A stretch of 64,000 nucleotides of DNA. It comes from Clostridia bacterium (GTDB lineage Bacteria; Bacillota; Clostridia; Christensenellales; UBA1242). Made by a program: the position numbers and the translations under genes. The notes under the pieces are model-generated. The model was not told the DNA's origin and did no database searches. It saw only the letters and a list, made by a program, of their open reading frames with translations. Where the stretch lies: NCBI GenBank assembly GCA_017467585.1, contig JAFUSR010000004.1, positions 6,624-70,623 on the forward strand, in the 5' to 3' direction. This document shows, piece after piece, positions 28,800-38,790 of this stretch. The stretch's first letter is position 1. Each line of letters starts with the position of its first letter.

Positions 28800-29711
28800 C
28801 TATTTGTTTAATATATCATAAATTCTTTGCAAATCATCTTGATTATAGTAATTTATAATTATTCTTCCTTTTTTTTCTGTTCCTATAACACTTACTTTTG
28901 TTGCAAGTGCTTTGTTAAGTTGCTCGGCAAATGCTTTAAACTCAACACTTACCTCTTCTTTTTTTGCACCGGTTGCTTTTTTATTTAGCTTTTTAATGAG
29001 ATTTTCAAGATCGCGAACACTCATTCTCTTTTCAACAACCTTAAGTGCAAGTTCTTTTTGTAATTTTTCATCTTCTATAGTAACAAGTGTGCGCGCATGA
29101 CCTGCTGAAAGCTTATTTAAAAGAATTAAATCAATAATTTGCTGTGGCAATGTTAACAGGCGCAACGTGTTGGCAACCGCTGAACGGCTCTTTCCTATTT
29201 TGTCTGCGACCTTTTCTTGGGTCATGTTGTAAGTAGTCATAAGCTCTTTAATAGCCTGCGCAGATTCAATTGGATTTAAATCTTCTCTTTGCAAGTTTTC
29301 AATGATGGCTATTTCTGCTATTTGTTGTGGTGTATAATCTTTTATCACAACGGGAACCGTTTTAATTTTAGCTTTAATTGCAGCCCTCCATCTACGCTCG
29401 CCGGCTACTATTGTGTATCTTTCACCATTTGCAACAACAATTAGAGGTTGAATAATTCCGTGTGTTTTTATTGACTGCGCCAGCTCGCCAAGTGCTTTTT
29501 CTTCAAAATTTCTTCTTGGTTGAGCAGGATTTCTGTCGATAAGTCCTATTTCAACCTCAACTGGTTTTGTAACAGAAACTTCTTTAACAACCTTTTTTTC
29601 AACTATTTTTTCTTCTTTCTTTAATTCTTTTTTAGGTTCTTCATCTTCTAGAGATAGATTGTAATCCCCAAACAGACTGTTTAAACCTCTTCCTAATCCT
29701 CTTTTTTCCAT
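28800..29711 (-). CDS. parB: Chromosome partitioning protein ParB/Spo0J
   Basis: RGLGRGL, QPRRNF, IVAGERRWRAA, IENLQREDLNPIE, GKSRSAVANTLRLL, GHARTL. Confidence 0.96.
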   Translation of the reverse strand: MEKRGLGRGLNSLFGDYNLSLEDEEPKKELKKEEKIVEKKVVKEVSVTKPVEVEIGLIDRNPAQPRRNFEEKALGELAQSIKTHGIIQPLIVVANGERYTIVAGERRWRAAIKAKIKTVPVVIKDYTPQQIAEIAIIENLQREDLNPIESAQAIKELMTTYNMTQEKVADKIGKSRSAVANTLRLLTLPQQIIDLILLNKLSAGHARTLVTIEDEKLQKELALKVVEKRMSVRDLENLIKKLNKKATGAKKEEVSVEFKAFAEQLNKALATKVSVIGTEKKGRIIINYYNQDDLQRIYDILNK

Positions 29712-29721
29712 GATTTACCTC

Positions 29722-30525
29722 TTAATTTATCTTTTTTACTCTAAGTTTTTTAAATTTATCATGATTTTTTGTTAAAATTTCTTCAGTTAATTTTAAATAA
29801 GCTTGTGATCCTGTACAATTTTTATCATACAAATATACTGGCATTCCATAACTAGGAGATTCCGCAAGTCTAACATTTCTTGGAATTGAAGTTTCAAACA
29901 CAGCATTTCCAAAGAATTTAATTATTTCGTCTGCCACCTGCTTTCCTAAATTGCTTCTAGAATCTCTCATTGTGAGAACAACACCTTCTATTTGAAGGTC
30001 TGGATTTAAACCTGTTTTTTTGATTAATCTGATTGAATTCATTAATTGGCTTAATCCCTCAAGAGAAAAGAATTCGCACTGCATAGGAATGCAAACACTA
30101 TCAGCCGCTGTAAGCGCATTTACAGTGATGAGCCCTAGCGAAGGTGGACAATCGATGGTTATATAATCATAACTATTTTTAATTTTGTCAATAATTCTTT
30201 TAAACACTCTTTCTCTGTCTTTTTTGCCAACTAGTTCAACTTCAACACCAGCCAAATCAATGTTCGCTGGAAGCAAATCTAAGCCGTCTATATTGGTTTT
30301 TACAACAGCTTCTTCTGGTAAACAGTCTTCAGAAATAACTTGATATATTGAGTTAACTTCTGAATTTTTTTGAACACCAAGTCCGCTTGTGGCGTTTCCT
30401 TGAGGATCAATGTCTATCATAAGAACTTTTTTGCCCATAAGCGCCATATATGCCGCAATATTCAAACATGTTGTGGTTTTTCCTACTCCACCTTTTTGAT
30501 TGGCAAAAGCAATAATTTTACCCAT
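29722..30525 (-). CDS. soj: Chromosome partitioning ATPase ParA/Soj
   Basis: NQKGGVGKTT, DIDPQGNATSGLG, IDCPPSLG, IPRNVRLAESPS. Confidence 0.96.
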   Translation of the reverse strand: MGKIIAFANQKGGVGKTTTCLNIAAYMALMGKKVLMIDIDPQGNATSGLGVQKNSEVNSIYQVISEDCLPEEAVVKTNIDGLDLLPANIDLAGVEVELVGKKDRERVFKRIIDKIKNSYDYITIDCPPSLGLITVNALTAADSVCIPMQCEFFSLEGLSQLMNSIRLIKKTGLNPDLQIEGVVLTMRDSRSNLGKQVADEIIKFFGNAVFETSIPRNVRLAESPSYGMPVYLYDKNCTGSQAYLKLTEEILTKNHDKFKKLRVKKIN

Positions 30526-30744
30526 AATGTCTCCTACTTATATATAAGTATAATACTATATATTAATATAACAATATAATATAACATTTTTTGAGTTTAG
30601 GCAATTAATTTTTATTCTAAATAACAATTAAACAATAAAAAATAATCTATTCGCAAAATATTTATTTAAAAACACGCAATAAAAAACGCAAAATATGAAC
30701 TTTTGCGTTAAAATTTAGCCTTGCGGCTTAAAATATTGTTTATT

Positions 30745-31332
30745 TTATGTTAAATTTAGATTAATTTTTACCATACCTTGTTCTCGCGAACACAACGGAC
30801 ACTTTTTCCATGCTTTTTTGCTTGACTCTTGATATCCACAGTTGTTACACTTCCACAATGTTTTTTCTGAAGATGTGTATAACGAATCCTCTTTTAATTT
30901 GCAGTAAAGTTTTTGTAGTATTACATTGTGGTTTGATTCGATATCTGCAATAATTGTTAATTTTTTTGCAATATCCTCAAAACCCTCTTTTTTTGCTGTT
31001 TTTGCAAAGGCCGGATAAACCGTCTGTGCTTGAAAATCTTCGTTTTCTGCCTTTATTTTAAGCATTTCTATAAGTGGCGCATGCGCCATTGGATATGAAG
31101 CCTTGATGTCAACCTTTAAATTTTTGTCATCTGCATTTTGAGAAATGTAGTCGTAAAATATTTTTGCGTGTGCCATTTCATTTGTTGCAAGAGCTTTTAG
31201 AATGGTTGCAACTCCAGATTGTTTATTTTGAGTTGCCTCATCTGCCATATATTGATATTTAGCACCATCTTGGCATTCACTAGCAAATGCTCTTGTCAAA
31301 TTTTTTAATGTTTCTGAATTTTTAAACTCCAT
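30745..31332 (-). CDS. Rubrerythrin family protein
   Basis: TLKNLTRAFASE, ExxH pairs (EMAH, ESNH), AKKEGF, C-terminal WKCNNCGY...CPLC. Confidence 0.9.
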   Translation of the reverse strand: MEFKNSETLKNLTRAFASECQDGAKYQYMADEATQNKQSGVATILKALATNEMAHAKIFYDYISQNADDKNLKVDIKASYPMAHAPLIEMLKIKAENEDFQAQTVYPAFAKTAKKEGFEDIAKKLTIIADIESNHNVILQKLYCKLKEDSLYTSSEKTLWKCNNCGYQESSKKAWKKCPLCSREQGMVKINLNLT

Positions 31333-31545
31333 TATTATTTATCTCCTTTAATAAAATTGTTTCCAAACATTTTAATTTTATACTTCTTTTCAAAAATAAC
31401 ATTTAAAATGTATATTTTTACTATTTAATTGATGTATTTTTGCATTTTTATAATTTTTTGTGGCGTTTTTTCATAATTTTATATTTATTAAATAAGTTAC
31501 TCTTTATGTTTGACATGTTTTTGTGAAACTGGTTATAATTTAATT

Positions 31546-33303
31546 ATGAAAAAAGTGCAAAAGCAGCAAAAATCTTTTAAAATAGTCTCATATTTGTCAA
31601 AACATAAATTGGCAATATTTTTTGTTCCTGTTTTAAAGGCTATTGGTGCTGTTACTGAAGTTATTATTCCCCTATTAATGAGTTACATTATTGATATTGG
31701 AATAAAAAATAACGACATCGCTTATATTTGGAAATTTTCTGCTCTGATTCTTGCGCTGAGCATTGTTGCCATTGTTGCCGACATCTGTGGCCAATATTTC
31801 GCTGCAAAAGCAACTGAAAGAATGGCTCGAGACATGAGGCACGACATTTTTGCCCACATTAACGATTTAAGCCACGCAGAGCTTGATAAGTTTTCAACAA
31901 CTGGCCTTTTAAATAGAACTGTTGAAGATGTTTATCAAATTAAAACAGGCGTTGGAAGCTTGCTTAGAACTGCCATTAGAATTCCTTTTTTAATTGCTGG
32001 CTCTCTTGTTATGGCCATGACAATAAACATAAAACTTAGTTTGATTTTTTTGGTTGTTAGTCCTGTTTTAATTGGCGCTGTTTTGCTCATTATGAAAAGG
32101 GTTAGCCCACTCTTGAAACTCAGCAAAGACAAACTCGACAAAACTAGCAATGTAACAAGAGAAAATTTAACTGGTGTTAGGGTTGTTAGAGCTTTTAATA
32201 AGCAAAATTTTGAAGCAAAAAGATTTCAAACAGCCAACTACGAGCTTGTTAACACTCAACAAAAGATTGCTGCATGGGGTGCTATTTTGCCATCTCTGAT
32301 TTACACAATTGTTAACTTTGCTATTATTGCAATTTTGTATTTTGGTGGTTTTGAGGTTAATATTGGCGGAATTTCTCAAGGTAACTTAATTGCCTTTATC
32401 AACTATTTCACTCGTATTTCTGCAGCTCTTGTTGCAATTGCACGACTAATCACAATCTACACAAGAATGTCGGCTTCATCTAACAGAATAGATGAGATTT
32501 TATCATTAAAAAATTCAATAAAAGACCCTGCAAAACCTGTTGAAATAAATTTTGATAACCCAAATCTTTCTGGTGTTGTTTTTGAAAATGTATCATTTAG
32601 TTATAATAACATTAAAGATGTTGTTTCAAACCTTTCGATCAAAGTTGAACCTGGGCAAACAATTGGTGTTATTGGCGGAACAGGATCTGGAAAAAGCAGC
32701 ATTGTTTATCTTATTCCTAGATTTTATGATGCAACAAAGGGCAATGTTTTGGTTGGTGGCGAAAACGTAAAAAAATATAGGGTTTCAGACTTAAGAAAAA
32801 TTATTGGAATTGTTCCTCAAAATCCAACACTTTTTGAAGGAACAATTGAAAGCAACTTAAAGTGGAGAAAACCTGACGCAACCGAAGAAGATATGATTCG
32901 CGCTCTTAAAATTAGTCAAAGCTATGACTTTGTTAAAGAATATCCTGACTTTTTGAAACACAAAGTAGATAGGGGTGGGACAAACTTTTCTGGCGGTCAA
33001 AAACAACGCTTAACAATTGCTCGTGCCCTTGTTGACAACCCTAAAATTTTAATATTGGACGATTCAACAAGCGCCCTAGATTTTGCCACAGACACAAAGC
33101 TTAGAAAAGCAATAAAAACCCATCTTGTTAACACCACAACATTCATTGTTTCACAAAGGACTAACTCTCTTCGTGATGCTGACCAAATTATTGTTCTAGA
33201 CAACGGAAATATTGTTGACATTGGAAAACATGAAGAACTTCTTGAACGTTGTTCTGTTTATGCAGAAATTCACCAGTCTCAGAACAAGGAGGTGAAGAAA
33301 TAA
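31546..33303 (+). CDS. Heterodimeric ABC exporter, subunit with non-canonical catalytic residues
   Basis: TMD+NBD; GGTGSGKS, FSGGQ, ILDD (D for catalytic E), VSQR (Q for H); promoter TTGACA-18-TATAAT at 31510-31539. Confidence 0.92.
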   Translation: MKKVQKQQKSFKIVSYLSKHKLAIFFVPVLKAIGAVTEVIIPLLMSYIIDIGIKNNDIAYIWKFSALILALSIVAIVADICGQYFAAKATERMARDMRHDIFAHINDLSHAELDKFSTTGLLNRTVEDVYQIKTGVGSLLRTAIRIPFLIAGSLVMAMTINIKLSLIFLVVSPVLIGAVLLIMKRVSPLLKLSKDKLDKTSNVTRENLTGVRVVRAFNKQNFEAKRFQTANYELVNTQQKIAAWGAILPSLIYTIVNFAIIAILYFGGFEVNIGGISQGNLIAFINYFTRISAALVAIARLITIYTRMSASSNRIDEILSLKNSIKDPAKPVEINFDNPNLSGVVFENVSFSYNNIKDVVSNLSIKVEPGQTIGVIGGTGSGKSSIVYLIPRFYDATKGNVLVGGENVKKYRVSDLRKIIGIVPQNPTLFEGTIESNLKWRKPDATEEDMIRALKISQSYDFVKEYPDFLKHKVDRGGTNFSGGQKQRLTIARALVDNPKILILDDSTSALDFATDTKLRKAIKTHLVNTTTFIVSQRTNSLRDADQIIVLDNGNIVDIGKHEELLERCSVYAEIHQSQNKEVKK

Positions 33304-35117
33304 TGGCAAACGAAAGATTATCTTCTCTTCAAATGAGACAATCTCTTGAACAGAGAGTTAAAAACAAAATAAATAAACATCGTTCAGCACTATATTCAAT
33401 AAAAAAAGTTTTTGTCTATGCAAAAGAATATAGGGCATATATTTATTTAGCTATTCTTGCTGATGTTATAAGTTCTGTTTTTGAACTTTTAACACCAATC
33501 TTTTTAGGCAGATGCATAAACAACATAGTAGGGGTTGGCAACGTAGATTTTAGCGGGCTTACAACAAACTCTATATATTTGATTATCTTTGTAATTTTAG
33601 GGCAGGTAACAAACTTTTTGGCTTCTTATTGGCTAAATGCTTTCACATATAAGGCATCTTACAAAATAAGGGCTCTATTGTTTGAAAAATTCAACTCATT
33701 GCCACTATCTTTTATTGACTCTTCTAGCCACGGAGACCTTTTAAGTCGAATGATTAACGACATCGACACAATGACCGATGGCTTTTTGGAAAGCATTGCA
33801 TCTGTTCTCTCTGGTGTTATGACTGTTATTGGAACAATTATTGCAATGTTTATTATGAACATTGAACTTGCAATAATTATTACTATTTTAACACCAATGA
33901 GTCTGCTATTTACTTTATACTTTGTTAAGAGGGCAAAGAAATTTTATAAAGCGGAAGTTACCATGCAAGGAACACTTTCTGGTTACCTTGAAGAATATAT
34001 TGGCGGAGAGAGGGTTGTTAAGGCATTCAATCACGAAAAAGACAGCATATCAGATTTCGACAAGGTTAATGAAGATTATTTGAAAGTAAGCATTAAGGCA
34101 AATTATTATGGAAACCTATCAAACCCAACAACAAGATTTATTAACTCTGTTGTTTATGGCGTGGTAGGACTTGTTGGTGCACTCGAAGCAATTAGAGGTA
34201 GTATTTCTGTTGGTGTTATATCTTCATTCCTTTCTTACTCAAACAGTTTTGGAAGACCATTTAACGACATAAGTGATAACATAAGCGACATTCAGGCCGC
34301 ATTTGCTGCATCTTCGAGAGTGTTTGCTGTTCTTGAAGAATCAGATGAACCATCTGATGAAAAACTCCCTAACATGACAGATTGTGATGGTAGTGTTAAT
34401 TTAACAAACGTTTATTTTAGTTATATTCCAAAAGTTAAACTTATTCAAAACTTTAACTTGGATGTAAAACCTGGCCAAAAGATAGCAATTGTTGGACCAA
34501 CTGGCTGCGGCAAGAGCACTCTTATTAACCTTTTAATGAGGTTCTACGACACAAACAGCGGAACAATTTCTGTTAGTGGAAACGACATAAAAACAATAAC
34601 AAGAGACAGCCTAAGAAGCAACTACGGAATGGTTTTGCAAGAAACATGGCTTTTTAATTCAACCATTAGAGAAAATATTGCTTACGGAAACCCAAACGTT
34701 CCACTTTCAGATGTCATTGAGGCTGCCAAACTTGCTGGTGTTGACGAATTTATTCAAAAGATGCCTCAGCAATATGACACAATTGTTTCAGAGGGGGGAA
34801 GCAATCTGTCGCAAGGTGAAAAACAGCTCTTGTGTATTGCAAGAATTATGCTTCTAAAGCCACCAATGTTAATTTTAGACGAAGCAACCAGCAACATAGA
34901 CACTAGAACAGAACAAAAAATTCAAGCTGCTTTTGAAACAATGATGAAGGGCAGAACTTCATTTATTGTTGCTCACAGGCTTTCAACAATTACAAACGCT
35001 GACACCATTTTGGTTATGAACAAAGGAAATGTTATTGAACAAGGAACTCATGCTGAACTTCTCGCAAAAAAAGGGTTCTATGCAAACCTTTATAACAGCC
35101 AATTTGAAAAAGTATAA
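33303..35117 (+). CDS. Heterodimeric ABC exporter, consensus catalytic subunit
   Basis: TMD+NBD; GPTGCGKS, LSQGE, ILDEATS, VAHRL; TAATG overlap with GGAGGTG RBS. Confidence 0.92.
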   Translation: MANERLSSLQMRQSLEQRVKNKINKHRSALYSIKKVFVYAKEYRAYIYLAILADVISSVFELLTPIFLGRCINNIVGVGNVDFSGLTTNSIYLIIFVILGQVTNFLASYWLNAFTYKASYKIRALLFEKFNSLPLSFIDSSSHGDLLSRMINDIDTMTDGFLESIASVLSGVMTVIGTIIAMFIMNIELAIIITILTPMSLLFTLYFVKRAKKFYKAEVTMQGTLSGYLEEYIGGERVVKAFNHEKDSISDFDKVNEDYLKVSIKANYYGNLSNPTTRFINSVVYGVVGLVGALEAIRGSISVGVISSFLSYSNSFGRPFNDISDNISDIQAAFAASSRVFAVLEESDEPSDEKLPNMTDCDGSVNLTNVYFSYIPKVKLIQNFNLDVKPGQKIAIVGPTGCGKSTLINLLMRFYDTNSGTISVSGNDIKTITRDSLRSNYGMVLQETWLFNSTIRENIAYGNPNVPLSDVIEAAKLAGVDEFIQKMPQQYDTIVSEGGSNLSQGEKQLLCIARIMLLKPPMLILDEATSNIDTRTEQKIQAAFETMMKGRTSFIVAHRLSTITNADTILVMNKGNVIEQGTHAELLAKKGFYANLYNSQFEKV

Positions 35118-35293
35118 TACTAGCCGAAATCGACTAGTATTTTTTTATCATGGTTTAGATAAAATGTTTTTTTGTTGTAGTTATTGTATTAGGCATTGTT
35201 AATATGTTAATAACTCGAATTTAGTTATAAAAAATAACAGATTTATACGTTTAAAATTCACAAAAGTTATGTTTCAATTTTAAACAATGATTG

Positions 35294-36178
35294 TTAGTTA
35301 TTATTTTCAATTTGGCAATCTTTAAAATAATATTTTAATATGTCTTCAAAAGAGTAGTTTTGACTCGCCAAAATGTTTGCTCCCCACTGACTTAAACCAA
35401 CTCCGTGACCATAACCTCTTCCGGAAAACTCAACAGTGTTTTCTTTTATGCTGATTTTGTCTATAGCACAACTTTTTAAAATTGTGCTACCAACGGCAAG
35501 TCTAAAAGCATTTGCGTTGACTTCGACGCCACCCACAACAAAAGTTTTTGCTCTGCCTGAACTATCAACACTTCCAACAACAAAAGAATTTAAACTTGCC
35601 AAGTTTTTGTTTAGTTTTTTCATGGCGAACAAGATTTCAGATTTTTCTATTTCTGCACTCCAACTATAATTCTTGCTGTTGTTTTCATTTTCTAAACTCT
35701 CAACTATGGCATAACCTTTTGCTTCTTCTCCAAACACATCTTGTGGCAAACTTGTTTTGCCTGCGGCGTTGCTGCAGAAATATGGCAAAAAGACCTCGCC
35801 ATCAATTTTTAGAATTTTGCCTTTAGTGTTAGACGAGTATTCACCAATCTTATCAGGAATTGTGTTTGTGTAGGCCTGAGCTTCGCTAATGTCGTTAGAA
35901 ATGTCTGCCCCTGAATATTTGCTAGTTTTGTTTTTTAGAAACCATGTAGCATATGTTCTAGCTATTATGCTTTGAGCTTCTATTGCACTTTTTGAAAAAC
36001 TTTCATCAATTTCAGCAGCTGTTACTCCTGCAACATAGTCTTCAAAATCAAGCTCAACAATCTTTTGAGTGTTAATGTCATACATTTTTATCTTTTGATT
36101 TTGCGACGAGCAAGAAACCAGTGGGGCAGCTAAAACGACAACTAAAAAAGAAATAACAAAATATTGGAAAATTTTCAT
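35294..36178 (-). CDS. SpoIID/LytB domain protein
   Basis: EDYVAGVTAAE, AQSIIARTY, GRGYGHGVGLSQWGA, ILKYYF; N-terminal signal ending LVSC. Confidence 0.9.
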   Translation of the reverse strand: MKIFQYFVISFLVVVLAAPLVSCSSQNQKIKMYDINTQKIVELDFEDYVAGVTAAEIDESFSKSAIEAQSIIARTYATWFLKNKTSKYSGADISNDISEAQAYTNTIPDKIGEYSSNTKGKILKIDGEVFLPYFCSNAAGKTSLPQDVFGEEAKGYAIVESLENENNSKNYSWSAEIEKSEILFAMKKLNKNLASLNSFVVGSVDSSGRAKTFVVGGVEVNANAFRLAVGSTILKSCAIDKISIKENTVEFSGRGYGHGVGLSQWGANILASQNYSFEDILKYYFKDCQIENNN

Positions 36179-36265
36179 AATTTTAGTTTGTTTAAATTTT
36201 AAAAGAATATTCAATAAACACCATTTCATTTGACAATTTATGGTTAAAATATATATATTAAATCT

Positions 36266-38725
36266 ATGAGAAACAAGCTTGTTATAATACTTTCTTTAAC
36301 GCTGATTATTGTTGGTGGATTTTGTCTTGGAATATTTTTTAAATCTAACAGCAAAATTTCTGTTTCTGTGTATAACCCAATAACAAATTCAACAAGAACA
36401 GTAGAAGCGAATGGCGGAAATAAATTTAGTGACATTCTTTCGGGAGACAACATAGACGGTTACGACGTTGAAGGCTATTATTACGACAGAGAATTGAAAA
36501 ACAAAATTAAAAGTGAAGACCTTATAACAAATTCAACAACGGTTTATGTGGGATATGTTCAAAACACAAGTTCCACACAGTTTGATTCTGACATTGTTGG
36601 TGTAAAATATACTGGAGAATTGTCTCAAACAACACTAAAAAAACTAGTTAATTATTCATATGTTGACATTTCTTCAGCAACAGGAAATTTAGTTTTTGAA
36701 GAAAATAACAACTCTCTTGAAAAACTGGTTGTTGGAAACGCAGATTCTATTTCAGGAATAAATAACTATTCAAAATTGCAAACAGTTGATTTGGGTGAAA
36801 TTCAAATTTTAACAAATTGTTTCAACAGTTGTACAGAACTGAAAAATGTTGGCCTATTAGATTGCATTGAAATAGAAAACTGCTTCAATGATGGCGGAGA
36901 AATTTTAGATTTGAAATTAGGGAAAAATGTTTTTCAAATTACTTCTAGTTTTAAAAGAACATTTTTAAAAACCATTTCTAGTCAATCATCAAAATATAAT
37001 GTTTTAAATAACATCATATATGAAAAAAATGGAAACAATTTAAAAGTTATTAAAGCTGCTGAAACAAACGGAAACATAACTTTTAATTCAGATACAACAG
37101 AAATTGGAGAATATGCTTTTTTTGGTGAGCAAAAAATTAAAGAGGTTGTGGCAAAAGAAAAGTTAATAAAAATTGGTGCACACGCCTTTGAAAATTCTTC
37201 AATAACAAAACTCGATTTGTCTGAGAATTTGCCTCCACTAGAGATTTTTGAAAGTGCTTTTTGCGGAGCAAAAAATTTAACCCAAATTTCGCTCGGAACC
37301 TACATAAGAAAAATTTATGATAAGGCATTTTATGGTGTGTCTGTTGAACATATAGATCTTTCTTCTTGCAGTCTTCTTTCAGAAATTGGAGACTATTCTT
37401 TTGCAGCCAACAAAGCGCTTAAAAAAATAACTTTTTCTGCTGGGAACATAGTTCTTGGAGTGGGGGCTTTTAAAGATTGTGAAAATCTGACAGAAATTAA
37501 AAACTTAATGTCAAATTCAATTTCAAAGCAGTGTTTTATGAACTGTAAAAAACTTTCAACAATTTCAAACATTCAGTCTGTTACTATGATTGATGAATTT
37601 GGGTTTTATGGCTGTGAAAGCTTGGCTAACACCAATGCATTTGTTGATGTTGTGTCTGTAAGAAAAAAGGCCTTTGCAAAATGCTTGCAATTAACATCTG
37701 CACAACTTCCACGACTTGTTTCTTTTGAGGAATATTCATTTGAAGATTGTGAAAATCTGACAGAAATTAAAAGCAATCAAAACATTTCTGATTCAAGCTT
37801 TTTAGCGTTTGAGAACTGTGAAAACCTTTCATTGTTAAATTTGGTTAGCACAAACTATGTTATAGAAAATGGAGTAGTTTATTCTCAAGACAGGTCAAAA
37901 CTAATTTATTGTTTGCCTAACATCGATGCAACAACATTTAACATTTTGTCAACTGTTGAATCGGTAGAAAACAGATTTTTGTCTGCCGCAAAAAACTTGC
38001 AACAAATAACCACAGAAAGCTCACATTTTTATGTGGTTGATGGTGTTTTATATTCTTCTGCAGACAATTCTTTGGTTTGTTATCCTAGGGCAAAAGAAGG
38101 ATCTTCTTTTACAGTGGCAGAAAGCGCCAAAACAATTTTGAGTAACTCTTTTGTTAAAACAAACAATCTTAAAACTTTAAACATTAATTCAAACATAGAA
38201 AAAATAGAAAATGGCTCACTTGTGAAAATGCCTGTGTTAGAGACATTAAACACATGTTTTCTTGGAGAATCTAGCGAAAAGATTGAAACAGGCTTTTTAG
38301 GTTGGATTTTTGGCTCAAAAACAAATCTTGAAAACGACCTAAATGTTCCAGAATCATTAAAATATGTTAAAGTGACAGACCAATCAACTTTTATAGACAG
38401 GGCGTTTTATGGTTGCAGAGATCTTTTGGAAATAACTGTTCAAAACACAACCGAAGTTAGTGAAGCAATGTTTTTTGGCTGCAGCAAACTAATAAGAGTT
38501 AGATTAGGACAAATCACAAAATTTAATTCTTATGCGCTTTCGGCATGCACAAGTTTGACAAGAATGTATATTAAATATTCCCCAGACGTAACAATAAAAG
38601 ATAATGCATTTTATAACATGGCTTCTAGCATAAAAGTTTACGTTTCTGGAATATCTTCACCAACAGAACTTGCGAACTATAAGGCCTTGTTTAAAAAATC
38701 TAACTGGGATTACATTTCTTACTGA
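36266..38725 (+). CDS. BspA-type leucine-rich repeat surface protein
   Basis: N-terminal TM anchor, one B-repeat-like module, many IGxxAFxxCxxL repeats and NYVIENGVVYS/VVDGVLYS motifs. Confidence 0.85.
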   Translation: MRNKLVIILSLTLIIVGGFCLGIFFKSNSKISVSVYNPITNSTRTVEANGGNKFSDILSGDNIDGYDVEGYYYDRELKNKIKSEDLITNSTTVYVGYVQNTSSTQFDSDIVGVKYTGELSQTTLKKLVNYSYVDISSATGNLVFEENNNSLEKLVVGNADSISGINNYSKLQTVDLGEIQILTNCFNSCTELKNVGLLDCIEIENCFNDGGEILDLKLGKNVFQITSSFKRTFLKTISSQSSKYNVLNNIIYEKNGNNLKVIKAAETNGNITFNSDTTEIGEYAFFGEQKIKEVVAKEKLIKIGAHAFENSSITKLDLSENLPPLEIFESAFCGAKNLTQISLGTYIRKIYDKAFYGVSVEHIDLSSCSLLSEIGDYSFAANKALKKITFSAGNIVLGVGAFKDCENLTEIKNLMSNSISKQCFMNCKKLSTISNIQSVTMIDEFGFYGCESLANTNAFVDVVSVRKKAFAKCLQLTSAQLPRLVSFEEYSFEDCENLTEIKSNQNISDSSFLAFENCENLSLLNLVSTNYVIENGVVYSQDRSKLIYCLPNIDATTFNILSTVESVENRFLSAAKNLQQITTESSHFYVVDGVLYSSADNSLVCYPRAKEGSSFTVAESAKTILSNSFVKTNNLKTLNINSNIEKIENGSLVKMPVLETLNTCFLGESSEKIETGFLGWIFGSKTNLENDLNVPESLKYVKVTDQSTFIDRAFYGCRDLLEITVQNTTEVSEAMFFGCSKLIRVRLGQITKFNSYALSACTSLTRMYIKYSPDVTIKDNAFYNMASSIKVYVSGISSPTELANYKALFKKSNWDYISY

Positions 38726-38790
38726 TAACATATTTTAAAAAAGTTGCGAGAACAAAAAATAGATGATAAAATGTTAAATGGAGAAGCACG

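Noticed and set aside
26820-35290. oriC / DnaA-box cluster in AT-rich intergenic gaps near parAB
   Set aside because: Only weak, mismatched TTATCCACA-like words noticed; no dnaA or dnaN in the window
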